A stretch of 64,000 nucleotides of DNA from Armatimonadota bacterium (GCA_041690135.1 JAWLHY010000002.1:1040342-1104341); one strand, 5' to 3'. Shown: positions 1 to 10,383, counted from the first letter of the stretch. Notes: generated by a model from the letters alone, not told the origin. A program made the numbers and translations.

Positions 1-513
1 TGGGATTTTCGGCTGGTGTGCGATGCCATGCTCCGAGAGCATCCTGGCTTCCGCATTCCCCGGAGCGTATTGGCGAGACTATTCGATCAGGGCGCGATAG
101 GCTCACTCTCGCCAAGTGATCTAACGAAGGAAGCGATGCGCCTGGAAGTGACGGACCGTTTCGAGGACCGGGCATGCGCTCTGCAGGATGCAGAGGAGAC
201 TTTCGAGTATCCGACGGTGAGTAAGCTCTGCCGTGTCATCGAAGCGGATACCCGTACCGTGCTCATTGATCCTGAGTTAGCCCGGGCTTTGCTGCGGAAA
301 GAGCAAGTCGACCGACGCCGGCTGATTCTCTATAGCGTCCAAATGTGGACCGATAAGCTCACGAAACTTCCCACCCACCTGCTGGTTGGGGAGCCCAACG
401 ATCCCCAGGCGCTTTATGCGTGGGACGCTCCTTACGATCCCGACTTCCTGGGCTACATGGCCGGTGCAATCCCGATGTTGGAAGGTCTACGGGACGGCAT
501 TTTCGTTGCATGA
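1..513 (+). CDS. cas3: Probable Cas3 helicase-nuclease, C-terminal part (runs off the window's left edge)
   Basis: Frame is open from base 1. The pattern FEYPTVSKLCRVIEADTRTVLID...LYSVQMW...LYAWDAPYDPDFLG resembles Cas3 C-termini as I recall them, and it lies directly upstream of cas4. No helicase core motifs fall inside the window. Confidence 0.55.
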   Translation, partial: WDFRLVCDAMLREHPGFRIPRSVLARLFDQGAIGSLSPSDLTKEAMRLEVTDRFEDRACALQDAEETFEYPTVSKLCRVIEADTRTVLIDPELARALLRKEQVDRRRLILYSVQMWTDKLTKLPTHLLVGEPNDPQALYAWDAPYDPDFLGYMAGAIPMLEGLRDGIFVA

Positions 514-574
514 GTTGGTGAGATCAGCCATCTTCCGCGTCTTCCCATACAGGCGGGCTCGCGGGTAAACAACC

Positions 575-1207
575 ATGTTCCCTGAAGAAGAGCTCGTCAT
601 GATCTCGGCCATCGAGCACTACTCCTACTGCCCCCGGCAGTGCGCCCTCATCCACGTCGAGAGCATCTACCACGAGAACGTGCTCACCCTCCGCGGCAAT
701 CACGCGCACACCCGGTCCGACGAGCCCGTCACCCGGATGGAGCGGGGGATCCGCATCGAGCGGGCGCTGCCCCTCTGGTCGGACCGCCTGGGCCTCACGG
801 GGATCGCCGACGTGGTCGAGTTCCATCCGGACGGCGCCGTCTTCCCGGTGGAGCACAAGGTGGGTAAAACGCGCGGGCACCACCACGCCGCCCTCCAGCT
901 CTGCGCCCAGGCCCTCTGCCTGGAGGAGATGCTGGCGGTCGCGGTCCCCTTCGGCGCGCTCTTCTCGCACGAAACCCGCCGGCGCGAGGAAGTGGCCCTG
1001 GGTCCGGATCTGCGCCGCGAAACGGAGCAGGTGGTGGCGGAGATTCGGCGGATGCGGACCGACGGCCACATGCCCCCGCCGGTCAACGACCGCCGCTGCC
1101 CGCGCTGCTCCCTGGTCGATGCCTGCGTTCCCGGCGCTGTCGCGGCGGCGGCGGCCCGCTCCGCCCGCTCTACCTGGGTGCTGGAACCCGAGGAGGCGAT
1201 CCTGTGA
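575..1207 (+). CDS. cas4: CRISPR-associated exonuclease Cas4
   Basis: ISAIEHYSYCPRQ, GIADVVE, PVEHK, QLCAQALCLEEM and C-terminal CPRCSLVDAC Fe-S cysteines; GTGA overlap with cas1. Confidence 0.95.
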   Translation: MFPEEELVMISAIEHYSYCPRQCALIHVESIYHENVLTLRGNHAHTRSDEPVTRMERGIRIERALPLWSDRLGLTGIADVVEFHPDGAVFPVEHKVGKTRGHHHAALQLCAQALCLEEMLAVAVPFGALFSHETRRREEVALGPDLRRETEQVVAEIRRMRTDGHMPPPVNDRRCPRCSLVDACVPGAVAAAAARSARSTWVLEPEEAIL

Positions 1208-2238
1208 CTCGCGAGCTGCTCAACACCCTCTACGTCACCACGCCCGGCGCCTACGTGCGGCTGGACCACGACACGCTCAAGGTCCAGTGCGACCGTGAAA
1301 CGCTCCTGCAGGTCCCCGTCCACCACCTGGGCGCCGTGGTGCTGTTCCACCGGGTATCCATCACCGGCGAGGCCCTCCGCCGCTGCGCCGCCGACGGTCG
1401 CGCCGTGGTGATGTTGGACCACCGTGGCCACTTCCAGGCGCGGGTCGTCGGCCCCACCAGCGGTAACGTCCTTCTCCGCAAGGCCCAGTACGACGCCCAG
1501 GCGAGCCCCACCGCCTGCACGGACATCGCCCGCCTCATGGTGGCGGGAAAGATCCGCAACAGCCGGACCACCCTCCTCCGGGGCGCCCGCGAGCGGCCGG
1601 AGGGGGAGGCCCGGCAGGCGCTCCGCGAAGCCGCCCAGGCCCTCGCCGGGACCCTCGAAGCCCTTCGCATCGCCGTCTCGCTCGAGCAGGTCCGCGGTCT
1701 CGAAGGCCTCGCCGCCGCCGGTTACTTCCATGCCTTCCCGCACCTGCTCACCGTCCCCACCGAGGAGTTCGCCTTTCGCACCCGCTCGCGCCGGCCCCCG
1801 CGCGACCGTACCAACGCCCTCCTCTCCTTCCTCTACACCCTGCTCACGGGCGACTGCACCGCCGCCATCGAAGGGGTGGGGCTCGACCCCCAGTTCGGCT
1901 ACCTCCACGCCCTCCGCCCCGGCCGCCCCGCCCTCGCCCTCGACCTGGTCGAAGAGCTGCGGAGCTGCGTCGCCGACCGCCTGGCGCTCGCCCTCATCAA
2001 CCGCCGCCAGGTCCGGCCCGAGCACTTCGAAGAGCGCGAAGGCGGCAGCGCCCTCCTCACCGCGGAAGGCCGTAAGCTCGTCCTCGCCGCCTACCAGAAG
2101 CGCAAGCAGGAAGAGGTTCCGCACCCGCTCCTCGCCAACCCCGTCCCCCTCGGCCTCGTCCCGCACCTCCAGGCCCGCCTCCTCGCCCGCCACCTCCGCG
2201 GCGAGCTGGAAGAATACCCCCCCTACCTCACCCGCTAA
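1204..2238 (+). CDS. cas1: CRISPR-associated endonuclease Cas1, type I-C-like
   Basis: LLNTLYVTT, SGNVLLRKAQY, RGLEG.AAAGYF, RSRRPPRD..NALLSFLY, GLDP..GYLH..RPGRPALALDLVEE, QARLLARHLRG, YPPY. Confidence 0.97.
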   Translation: MTRELLNTLYVTTPGAYVRLDHDTLKVQCDRETLLQVPVHHLGAVVLFHRVSITGEALRRCAADGRAVVMLDHRGHFQARVVGPTSGNVLLRKAQYDAQASPTACTDIARLMVAGKIRNSRTTLLRGARERPEGEARQALREAAQALAGTLEALRIAVSLEQVRGLEGLAAAGYFHAFPHLLTVPTEEFAFRTRSRRPPRDRTNALLSFLYTLLTGDCTAAIEGVGLDPQFGYLHALRPGRPALALDLVEELRSCVADRLALALINRRQVRPEHFEEREGGSALLTAEGRKLVLAAYQKRKQEEVPHPLLANPVPLGLVPHLQARLLARHLRGELEEYPPYLTR

Positions 2239-2328
2239 AACCACCCCCTGGTCCCCACCCGTCCGGCAACGCACCACGCAAAACGAACTCGGATCACCCC
2301 GCCCTACCCTTGGTCCGCGCCGGTCCGG

Positions 2329-2615
2329 TTACGCATTACGAATTACGCATTACGAATTACGCATTACAAAGCCCATATCCGAGACACCACTCTCGAATCA
2401 AGCGCATCCAAAGCACGTAAGCCTCACGCCTCACGCACACGTCGTGTCCTTAGCGGTTCGAATTACGCAATACGCATTACGCAATAAGCTCACGTCCGAG
2501 GCAAAATCCCTGCCCCCGCAGCCGCCCCGCACGTAAGTCTCACGCATTACGCATTACGAAACCCGTGTCCGAGGCACCACTCTCGAACCACGCGCAGCCA
2601 AAGCACGTAAGCCTC
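2329..2615 (+). repeat. Heptamer (TTACGCA/TCACGCA) tracts alternating with TCCGAG-core-GCACGTAAG units, inserted between cas1 and cas2
   Basis: ttacgca ttacgaa ttacgca ttacgaa...; near-duplicate cores at ~2379-2425 and ~2568-2615. Confidence 0.85.
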
Positions 2616-2621
2616 CCGCCA

Positions 2622-2912
2622 ATGAACCTCCTCATTTGCTACGACGTGAACACCCTCACCCCCGAAGGCCGCAAGCGCCTCCGGAAAGTCGCCCAGGCCT
2701 GCCAGGCGTATGGGCAGCGCGTCCAGTACTCCGTCTTCGAGTGCACCGTCAACCCCGCCAACCTCGAACGCCTCCGCCAGCGCCTGGTCGCCATCATCCA
2801 TCCCTCCGAGGACAGCCTCCGTCTTTACTACCTCGGCGCCCGCCGCGAGGAAGTTGTCGAAGTCCACGGCCGCGACCACTACGTCGACTTCACCGAGCCG
2901 CTCATCCTGTAG
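2622..2912 (+). CDS. cas2: CRISPR-associated endoribonuclease Cas2
   Basis: MNLLICYDVNT..GRKRLRKVAQACQAYGQRVQYSVFEC...DSLRLYYLG. ATG 2622 is preferred to the upstream repeat-derived start. Confidence 0.96.
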   Translation: MNLLICYDVNTLTPEGRKRLRKVAQACQAYGQRVQYSVFECTVNPANLERLRQRLVAIIHPSEDSLRLYYLGARREEVVEVHGRDHYVDFTEPLIL

Positions 2913-3154
2913 TCAGCGGCGGAACGCGCACCTCACCAGCGCCTCAAGCACTGTAGCTCCATCGGCGCCGTGAACGAACTCCCGCCTGTCTCCGAAACGC
3001 CGCCGGTTAGCCGCGCCGTAATGTCGCGGATCGGAAGCAACGAGCTCGCAGCCGTTAGGTCCGCACAGGAGTTCGTGCCTGCCACAGGGAACGGTGGGGA
3101 GGACCCAGGGGGCGAAAGCTCTCCACCGCACGCGAAACCGTGCGTGGTGGGTCC
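2913..3154 (+). promoter_or_regulatory. CRISPR leader
   Basis: Non-coding stretch between the cas2 stop and the first repeat; adjacent repeats are homogeneous while the far end is degenerate. Confidence 0.7.
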
Positions 3155-6100
3155 GTCGCACCCGGCCACCGAGCCGGGTGAGGATTGAAACCAGCGGAGC
3201 GACGATCGGCTTACCCGACACCGCAGCACGTCGCACCCGGCCACCGAGCCGGGTGAGGATTGAAACCGATCTCAAACACGGTCGCCCCGAGCTTGTTGGC
3301 GTCGCACCCGGCCACCGAGCCGGGTGAGGATTGAAACACCCGTGAGATCACGGAAGCGCTCGGGGCCGCTTTCGTCGCACCCGGCCACCGAGCCGGGTGA
3401 GGATTGAAACCCGCTACGGCCTGGACCGGACCACCGCCGACGAGCGTCGCACCCGGCCACCGAGCCGGGTGAGGATTGAAACACGACGGCGATTGCGGGG
3501 GCGGGGGTTTCGCCGTCCTGTCGCACCCGGCCACCGAGCCGGGTGAGGATTGAAACAGCGCGTCGCTGGCCAGGTACTCCGGCAGCTCCGCGGTCGCACC
3601 CGGCCACCGAGCCGGGTGAGGATTGAAACTTCCGCTCCCAGTGCTTCTCCAGCGAACTGCGCTCCGGTCGCACCCGGCCACCGAGCCGGGTGAGGATTGA
3701 AACACGAACACCCCCCGCGTGCGGCTGTAGCCCAGCCGCTCCGTGTCGCACCCGGCCACCGAGCCGGGTGAGGATTGAAACTCGCGAGGAGGTGGAGATG
3801 GGGCAGGCGGCCGGCAAGCGTCGCACCCGGCCACCGAGCCGGGTGAGGATTGAAACACGTACAAGTAGCGAGCCGCCAAACTACCCTTTGGGTCGCACCC
3901 GGCCACCGAGCCGGGTGAGGATTGAAACCGCCGGTAGCGGTAGATCCGGATCGTATCCACCCCGCGTCGCACCCGGCCACCGAGCCGGGTGAGGATTGAA
4001 ACCTGAAGGCGGCGATCACGCCGGTAGAGGTACCGTGCTCCGTCGCACCCGGCCACCGAGCCGGGTGAGGATTGAAACGTGCCCTGCTTCACGTAACTGG
4101 TTTCATCCGCCTTTGGTCGCACCCGGCCACCGAGCCGGGTGAGGATTGAAACACAGCGTCGTTATCCTCTCTTCCGGAGTCAGGCAGTGTCGCACCCGGC
4201 CACCGAGCCGGGTGAGGATTGAAACCGCCGGTAGCGGTAGATCCGGATCGTATCCACCCCGCGTCGCACCCGGCCACCGAGCCGGGTGAGGATTGAAACC
4301 TGAAGGCGGCGATCACGCCGGTAGAGGTACCGTGCTCCGTCGCACCCGGCCACCGAGCCGGGTGAGGATTGAAACGTGCCCTGCTTCACGTAACTGGTTT
4401 CATCCGCCTTTGGTCGCACCCGGCCACCGAGCCGGGTGAGGATTGAAACACAGCGTCGTTATCCTCTCTTCCGGAGTCAGGCAGTGTCGCACCCGGCCAC
4501 CGAGCCGGGTGAGGATTGAAACGACTCGAGCCCCGTCCGCGCGGTACGAGAGGTCCGGGTCGCACCCGGCCACCGAGCCGGGTGAGGATTGAAACCGGAG
4601 TGTCGCTGTCGTTGGCCATATCCGGCCCGTAGAGTCGCACCCGGCCACCGAGCCGGGTGAGGATTGAAACGGCGGAGCGCGGGGTGCGTCCTGCGAGGAG
4701 AGAGATGGGTCGCACCCGGCCACCGAGCCGGGTGAGGATTGAAACCCGTACCGGCCGGCGGTCAGGCGTGCCGGGTCCGAGTCGCACCCGGCCACCGAGC
4801 CGGGTGAGGATTGAAACCATCTCGCGCGCGCCGGCAAACAACCCCAGCAGGATCGCGTCGCACCCGGCCACCGAGCCGGGTGAGGATTGAAACCGCCGCT
4901 GTCGCTCCCGCCAGGCCCGCAGGTATTCGTCGCACCCGGCCACCGAGCCGGGTGAGGATTGAAACCTCCTGCGCCCGGGCTGATTTCCACTGCGCCCAAG
5001 CGTCGCACCCGGCCACCGAGCCGGGTGAGGATTGAAACAGCTTGTCCGGGCGGGCGCCGATGGCGGCGATGGTGTGTCGCACCCGGCCACCGAGCCGGGT
5101 GAGGATTGAAACGCATACTCGATTTGCCGGCTATCCGTCCCGTTGTGCGGTCGCACCCGGCCACCGAGCCGGGTGAGGATTGAAACACCTGCCCGTGCCG
5201 GGCGCGTACCGCTGCCCCGAAGCGCGTCGCACCCGGCCACCGAGCCGGGTGAGGATTGAAACATCACCTCTGCGGGCGTGCCGTCGGCTCGGCGCGACGG
5301 TCGCACCCGGCCACCGAGCCGGGTGAGGATTGAAACGCGAGCACGTTGGAGAGCGTATGAGCCTCATCTTCCGTCGCACCCGGCCACCGAGCCGGGTGAG
5401 GATTGAAACTTGTAGTAGCCGTGATTGAGATCTTCGAGAATCGCCTGCGTCGCACCCGGCCACCGAGCCGGGTGAGGATTGAAACATCGCCCCCATTGCT
5501 TCCCGTTGCTGCCCGAACTGCTGTCGCACCCGGCCACCGAGCCGGGTGAGGATTGAAACCTCACTCATCCCTGCTCCCCCAATCGTCGCACGGCCGCCGC
5601 GTCGCACCCGGCCACCGAGCCGGGTGAGGATTGAAACCAGTGTAATCATTACCCTGCCGCACATAGCAAATACACGAATGTCGCACCCGGCCACCGAGCC
5701 GGGTGAGGATTGAAACACGCCGACCGGGGCAGGCACCTACACCGCCACGCTCTCGTCGCACCCGGCCACCGAGCCGGGTGAGGATTGAAACACGTCCTGC
5801 CCGTCGAACTGAAACGCGAAATCACTGACGTCGCACCCGGCCACCGAGCCGGGTGAGGATTGAAACTGGTGAATCAGGTCGATGCGGCGATCATTGCGGC
5901 GCGTCGCACCCGGCCACCGAGCCGGGTGAGGATTGAAACACCAACGTGGCGTGTGATGAGGCGCGCGAGCGCATTTGCGTCGCACCCGGCCACCGAGCCG
6001 GGTGAGGATTGAAACTTCGTCCTGGTAGCACAACCCGTCTTCGTCTAAACGTCGCACCCGGCCACCGAGCCGGGTGAGGATTGAAACAGGGCAAGACGTC

Positions 6101-9100
6101 CGGGCGCTCCGTGGCAGCCCTTGCGGTCGCACCCGGCCACCGAGCCGGGTGAGGATTGAAACGGGTCGTGGGCGCGGGCCGTGAAGATCCGGACTTGTCG
6201 CACCCGGCCACCGAGCCGGGTGAGGATTGAAACCGGGCCTGGAAAACCTTCGAGGCCCGGCCGGCCGGGGTGTCGCACCCGGCCACCGAGCCGGGTGAGG
6301 ATTGAAACCCCACGGCTGGCCCGTGGGGTTGCTGGGGCCAGCCCTGTCGCACCCGGCCACCGAGCCGGGTGAGGATTGAAACACCACCCTGGGGGGCCAC
6401 TCCAGCCGGTCCGATCCGTAGTCGCACCCGGCCACCGAGCCGGGTGAGGATTGAAACCAGCAGGCCAAGAGCGGCGAGGCGGTGCCGGCAGACGTGTCGC
6501 ACCCGGCCACCGAGCCGGGTGAGGATTGAAACAGCAGCACGTCGTACTGATCCGTGGGCTGAGTGTCGCCGGTCGCACCCGGCCACCGAGCCGGGTGAGG
6601 ATTGAAACTTCCGTCAGGTGCTCCCCCGGCGGTATCGCGTAATCCGTCGCACCCGGCCACCGAGCCGGGTGAGGATTGAAACCGCATCTCTTGCGCTGCC
6701 CGGCGAAGGTCCGGTTTGTCGCACCCGGCCACCGAGCCGGGTGAGGATTGAAACTCACAGCGGGCCGTCGCCGGCGCCATGGGGCAGCTCGACGTCGCAC
6801 CCGGCCACCGAGCCGGGTGAGGATTGAAACATTTCTTCCTCCACCAGGGGAAGACGAGCGGGAACGCGTCGCACCCGGCCACCGAGCCGGGTGAGGATTG
6901 AAACATCCTGGAAGAGATGCAGGAGCGCGGCTGGGAGCCGTCGCACCCGGCCACCGAGCCGGGTGAGGATTGAAACCCGACCTGGGGCCCCATCCACTCC
7001 TGCCGTTGCGGCGTCGCACCCGGCCACTGAGTCGGGTGAGGATTGAAACACGATAGTTCCGGTGAGTTCAACCGGTATGTGATAGGGTCGCACCCGACCA
7101 CTGAGTCGGGTGAGGATTGAAACGCGTGGGCGCCCGGCCGCAGTTCTAGGAGAGAATCGCCGGTCGCACCCGGTCCGGTGACCGGGTGAGGATTGAAACG
7201 GGCGGTGCTACGGTTGCGACAACGAAGCCTGGGACGTCGCACCCGGTCCGGTGACCGGGTGAGGATTGAAACTTCCGGAGCGGGGTCCAGCGCGATCCCG
7301 CTCCCTGACGTCGCACCCGGTCCGGTGACCGGGTGAGGATTGAAACCGGACTTCCACGTGCGCAACCACAACGGCCAGGACGTCGCACCCGGTCCGGTGA
7401 CCGGGTGAGGATTGAAACGCCATCACCTGCAGGTGCGGCCGGTGGGCCACGATCTGTCGCACCCGGTCCGGTGACCGGGTGAGGATTGAAACTCTATCAG
7501 GACTGTGAATCCCGCAGCGCTCCGGATTAGTCGCACCCGGTCCAGTGACCGGGTGAGGATTGAAACATCTTCGGTTGGCAAGGCTACAGCCTGCTTGACA
7601 GAGCGTCGCACCCGGTCCAGTGACCGGGTGAGGATTGAAACAGCGCGGATGACCTGCGGCGGATTTCCGAGACGGGTCGCACCCGGTCCAGTGACCGGGT
7701 GAGGATTGAAACGACTACGCAGTTCTGGTATGCGGCGACGCTGGAGTCGCACCCGGTCCAGTGACCGGGTGAGGATTGAAACCATCATCACAGCGGGGTG
7801 TTTGGGAATCAGTTTTACCTCGTCGCACCCGGTCCAGTGACCGGGTGAGGATTGAAACTTGTCCTGCGAACCGCTGCTGGGGCCGGTGGACTTAGTCGCA
7901 CCCGGTCCAGTGACCGGGTGAGGATTGAAACATGGACCACTACGTGCCGAACCTGCTGGTGTGGCGGCGCGTGTCGCACCCGGTCCAGTGACCGGGTGAG
8001 GATTGAAACAACCCGTGCGACGTGGTGGACAAGCCGAAGGTCCCGCGCGTCGCACCCGGTCCGGTGACCGGGTGAGGATTGAAACATCCCGGCCATTCCC
8101 TCCGCGAATTGGCTGGACAGGGTCGCACCCGGTCCAGTGACCGGGTGAGGATTGAAACAACCGGGCGGCACGCATCCAAAAACATCGGGTGGGGGTCGCA
8201 CCCGGTCCGGTGACCGGGTGAGGATTGAAACACGGTCTGGGCGGATGGAGCGCAGATCGGTAGCGCGACGTCGCACCCGGTCCGGTGACCGGGTGAGGAT
8301 TGAAACAGGGTCTCCAGGTCTCTCACGCCGCACCGCCTTTCGCTGTCGCACCCGGTCCGGTGACCGGGTGAGGATTGAAACGTCCGCGCGGAGTTCGGGG
8401 GACTGTGGGGGGGAGTCGCACCCGGGCCCGTGACCGGGTGAGGATTGTAACACCGTGAACGCCACGTCCGGGTTTGCCGGCAGGGGTCGCACCCGGTCCG
8501 GTGACCGGGTGAGGATTGAAACGATACGGTCCTGAAGATGGGCCAGAAGCGGGCCTACGTCGCACCCGACCTCACGGTCGGGTGAGGATTGAAACCGGTT
8601 GGCGCTCCGGAAGATTTCATTCGGGTAGAACTGTCGCACCCGACCTCATGGTCGGGTGAGGATTGAAACTCGAAGCTGGCAGCCGCCTGCCGGCGCTTCG
8701 CGGGTCGCACCCGGTCACCGGACCGGGTGAGGATTGAAACACCTACGAAAGCTCGAAGACGGTGCTGCGCCTTGGCAAGAGTCGCACCCGGTCACCAGAC
8801 CGGGTGAGGATTGAAACACCGGCTCGCCACACCAGCCGCAGGTGCGTGTGATGGTCGCACCCGGTCACCAGACCGGGTGAGGATTGAAACTGGCAACCCG
8901 TGCACTGCTGGGGGATGGTCGGGTTGGTCGCACCCGGTCACCAGACCGGGTGAGGATTGAAACCTTAGTAAGAAGGGGGTTTGGGATGAACCAGGCACAG
9001 GCTGGTCGCACCCGGTCACCAGACCGGGTGAGGATTGAAACTCGCTGTCGCGGGAGAAGAACCTCGTCTTGGCCTGGCTCACGTCGCACCCGGTCACCAG

Positions 9101-9634
9101 ACCGGGTGAGGATTGAAACTGCACGGCTAGGGAGTGCTGGGAAGGGCTGGGGATCAAGTCGCACCCGGTCACCAGACCGGGTGAGGATTGAAACGCCTCC
9201 GCCTGGGCGTCGAACCCGAGCTTCGTGAGGAGTCGAACCCGGCCACCGAGCCGGGTGAGGATTGCAACGGGGCCTGGTTGTCCACCAGAGCCTCGAGCAC
9301 GCGTCGCACCCGGCCACCGAGCCGGGTGAGGATTGAAACAGCGTGGCCGGCCCAACAACTACGGCGCCTCCCTGCGCGTCGCACCCGACCTCACGGTCGG
9401 GTGAGGATTGAAACTACACCTGGGACGAAGAGTTGGACAGCGAAGAGGCGTCGCACCCGGCCTCACGGTCGGGTGAGGATTGAAACAGCCTCCGGTGGTC
9501 CAGCGAGGACCCCCTCCCGCGGATGTCGCACCCGACCCCACGGTCGGGTGCGGATTGAAACTGGCTGCGGATCCAGCAGGGGTATTGCTTGGAGCGCGTC
9601 GCACCCGGTCTGGTGACCGGGTGAGGATCAAGGC
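3155..9634 (+). CRISPR. CRISPR array, ~88 repeats (37 bp, main form GTCGCACCCGGCCACCGAGCCGGGTGAGGATTGAAAC) and ~87 spacers of ~33-42 bp
   Basis: Regular ~74-bp period, palindromic repeat with 3' ATTGAAAC, degenerate terminal repeat at 9598 (...GAGGATCAAGGC); count made by hand. Confidence 0.99.
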
Positions 9635-9713
9635 AGCGGTGGAGGCGCACGAACCACTACGGACGTGGCGGTGCAGACCCAAACCAACACGCCCGCTCTG
9701 TGCGAGAGACTTC

Positions 9714-9793
9714 CCCCCTTCTCTGCGTCGGAGAAGTTTACGCCCCGTGGGGGTGGGCCAGGTACCCACGAAGTGGGTGGCGGGGGATGAGGT
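9714..9793 (+). repeat. REP-like palindromic element (CCCCTTCTCTGCGTCGGAGAAG...GGGGATGAGG) with nested micro-hairpins; near-identical copy at 62261-62345
   Basis: Direct comparison of 9714-9793, 62261-62345 and the variant at 15638-15695. Confidence 0.8.
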
Positions 9794-10159
9794 CCTCCCG
9801 TGCAGCGGACCCAGGCGTCGTAGCTCCACTCACGCGATCTCCGGCCAGGTGGAGAGCGGAAGCCGTCAGCAGGTACAGCGAACTGGGAGCATTTGCCCAC
9901 GGTAATGTCACCCGCCACCCGCGCGCGGGTACCCCTCCCGAAAGCCTTCGGGACCCGGTCCGACACAGAGAGGTTTACGCCCCGAGGGGGTGGGCTAGCG
10001 GTTCAAACCCAGGGTGGCGGCAGAGTCAACCGGACAACTCCGAGGCGCTGCGCGAGCTTCTGAACCTCTCGATCCCGGCTCAAATCGAAGCCCTCCAGAG
10101 AGTTCTCGTTGGGTCCTCCGGGAGATTTCTTCGGGGATGCCTTCCTAACCATGCCTGCC

Positions 10160-10275
10160 CACCTGAACGCCTGAAAGCCCGAACGTTTACCCCCCACGGG
10201 GGGGCCCAATGCCTGAATGCCTGAATGCCTGAATGCCTGAACATTTACGCCCCACAGGGGTGCCCGAACGCCCGA
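10160..10275 (+). repeat. Octamer tandem repeats (TGCCTGAA/CGCCCGAA)
   Basis: tgcctgaa x4 at 10209-10240; same family at 12385-12428, 50111-50131 (reverse) and 54124-54186. Confidence 0.85.
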
Positions 10276-10383
10276 ATTCTCAACAATCTCTCAACGCAAA
10301 ACTACCAAACTTAAGGGTTGGATTCTCCGCGGGTCCGGACTATTTACCTGGTGCACAGTTCCAGTCGAAAACGGAGGACACCC

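Noticed and set aside
700-2277. 525-aa antisense ORF over cas4/cas1, and similar long shadow ORFs over ftsK, gspD, gspE, the TPR gene and others
   Set aside because: Antisense shadows expected from high GC3 coding; no recognisable motifs.
2565-2621. N-terminal extension of Cas2 (MSEAPLSNHAQPKHVSLPP)
   Set aside because: Encoded by the repeat unit; the Cas2 fold starts at ATG 2622.
9195-9268. Spacer containing GTCGAACCCG...GTGAGGA next to a mutated repeat starting GTCGAACCCG
   Set aside because: Could be local conversion, but it is a single case and the spacer reads well as foreign coding sequence; chance cannot be excluded.
3155-9634. Self-targeting spacers against genes in this window
   Set aside because: No match noticed by eye; a proper alignment could not be run, so nothing is claimed.
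2913-9650. Dozens of long ORFs on both strands across the array (FQSSPGSVAGCD, VSILTRLGGRVR repeats)
   Set aside because: These are translations of CRISPR repeats that lack stops on the minus strand, not genes.
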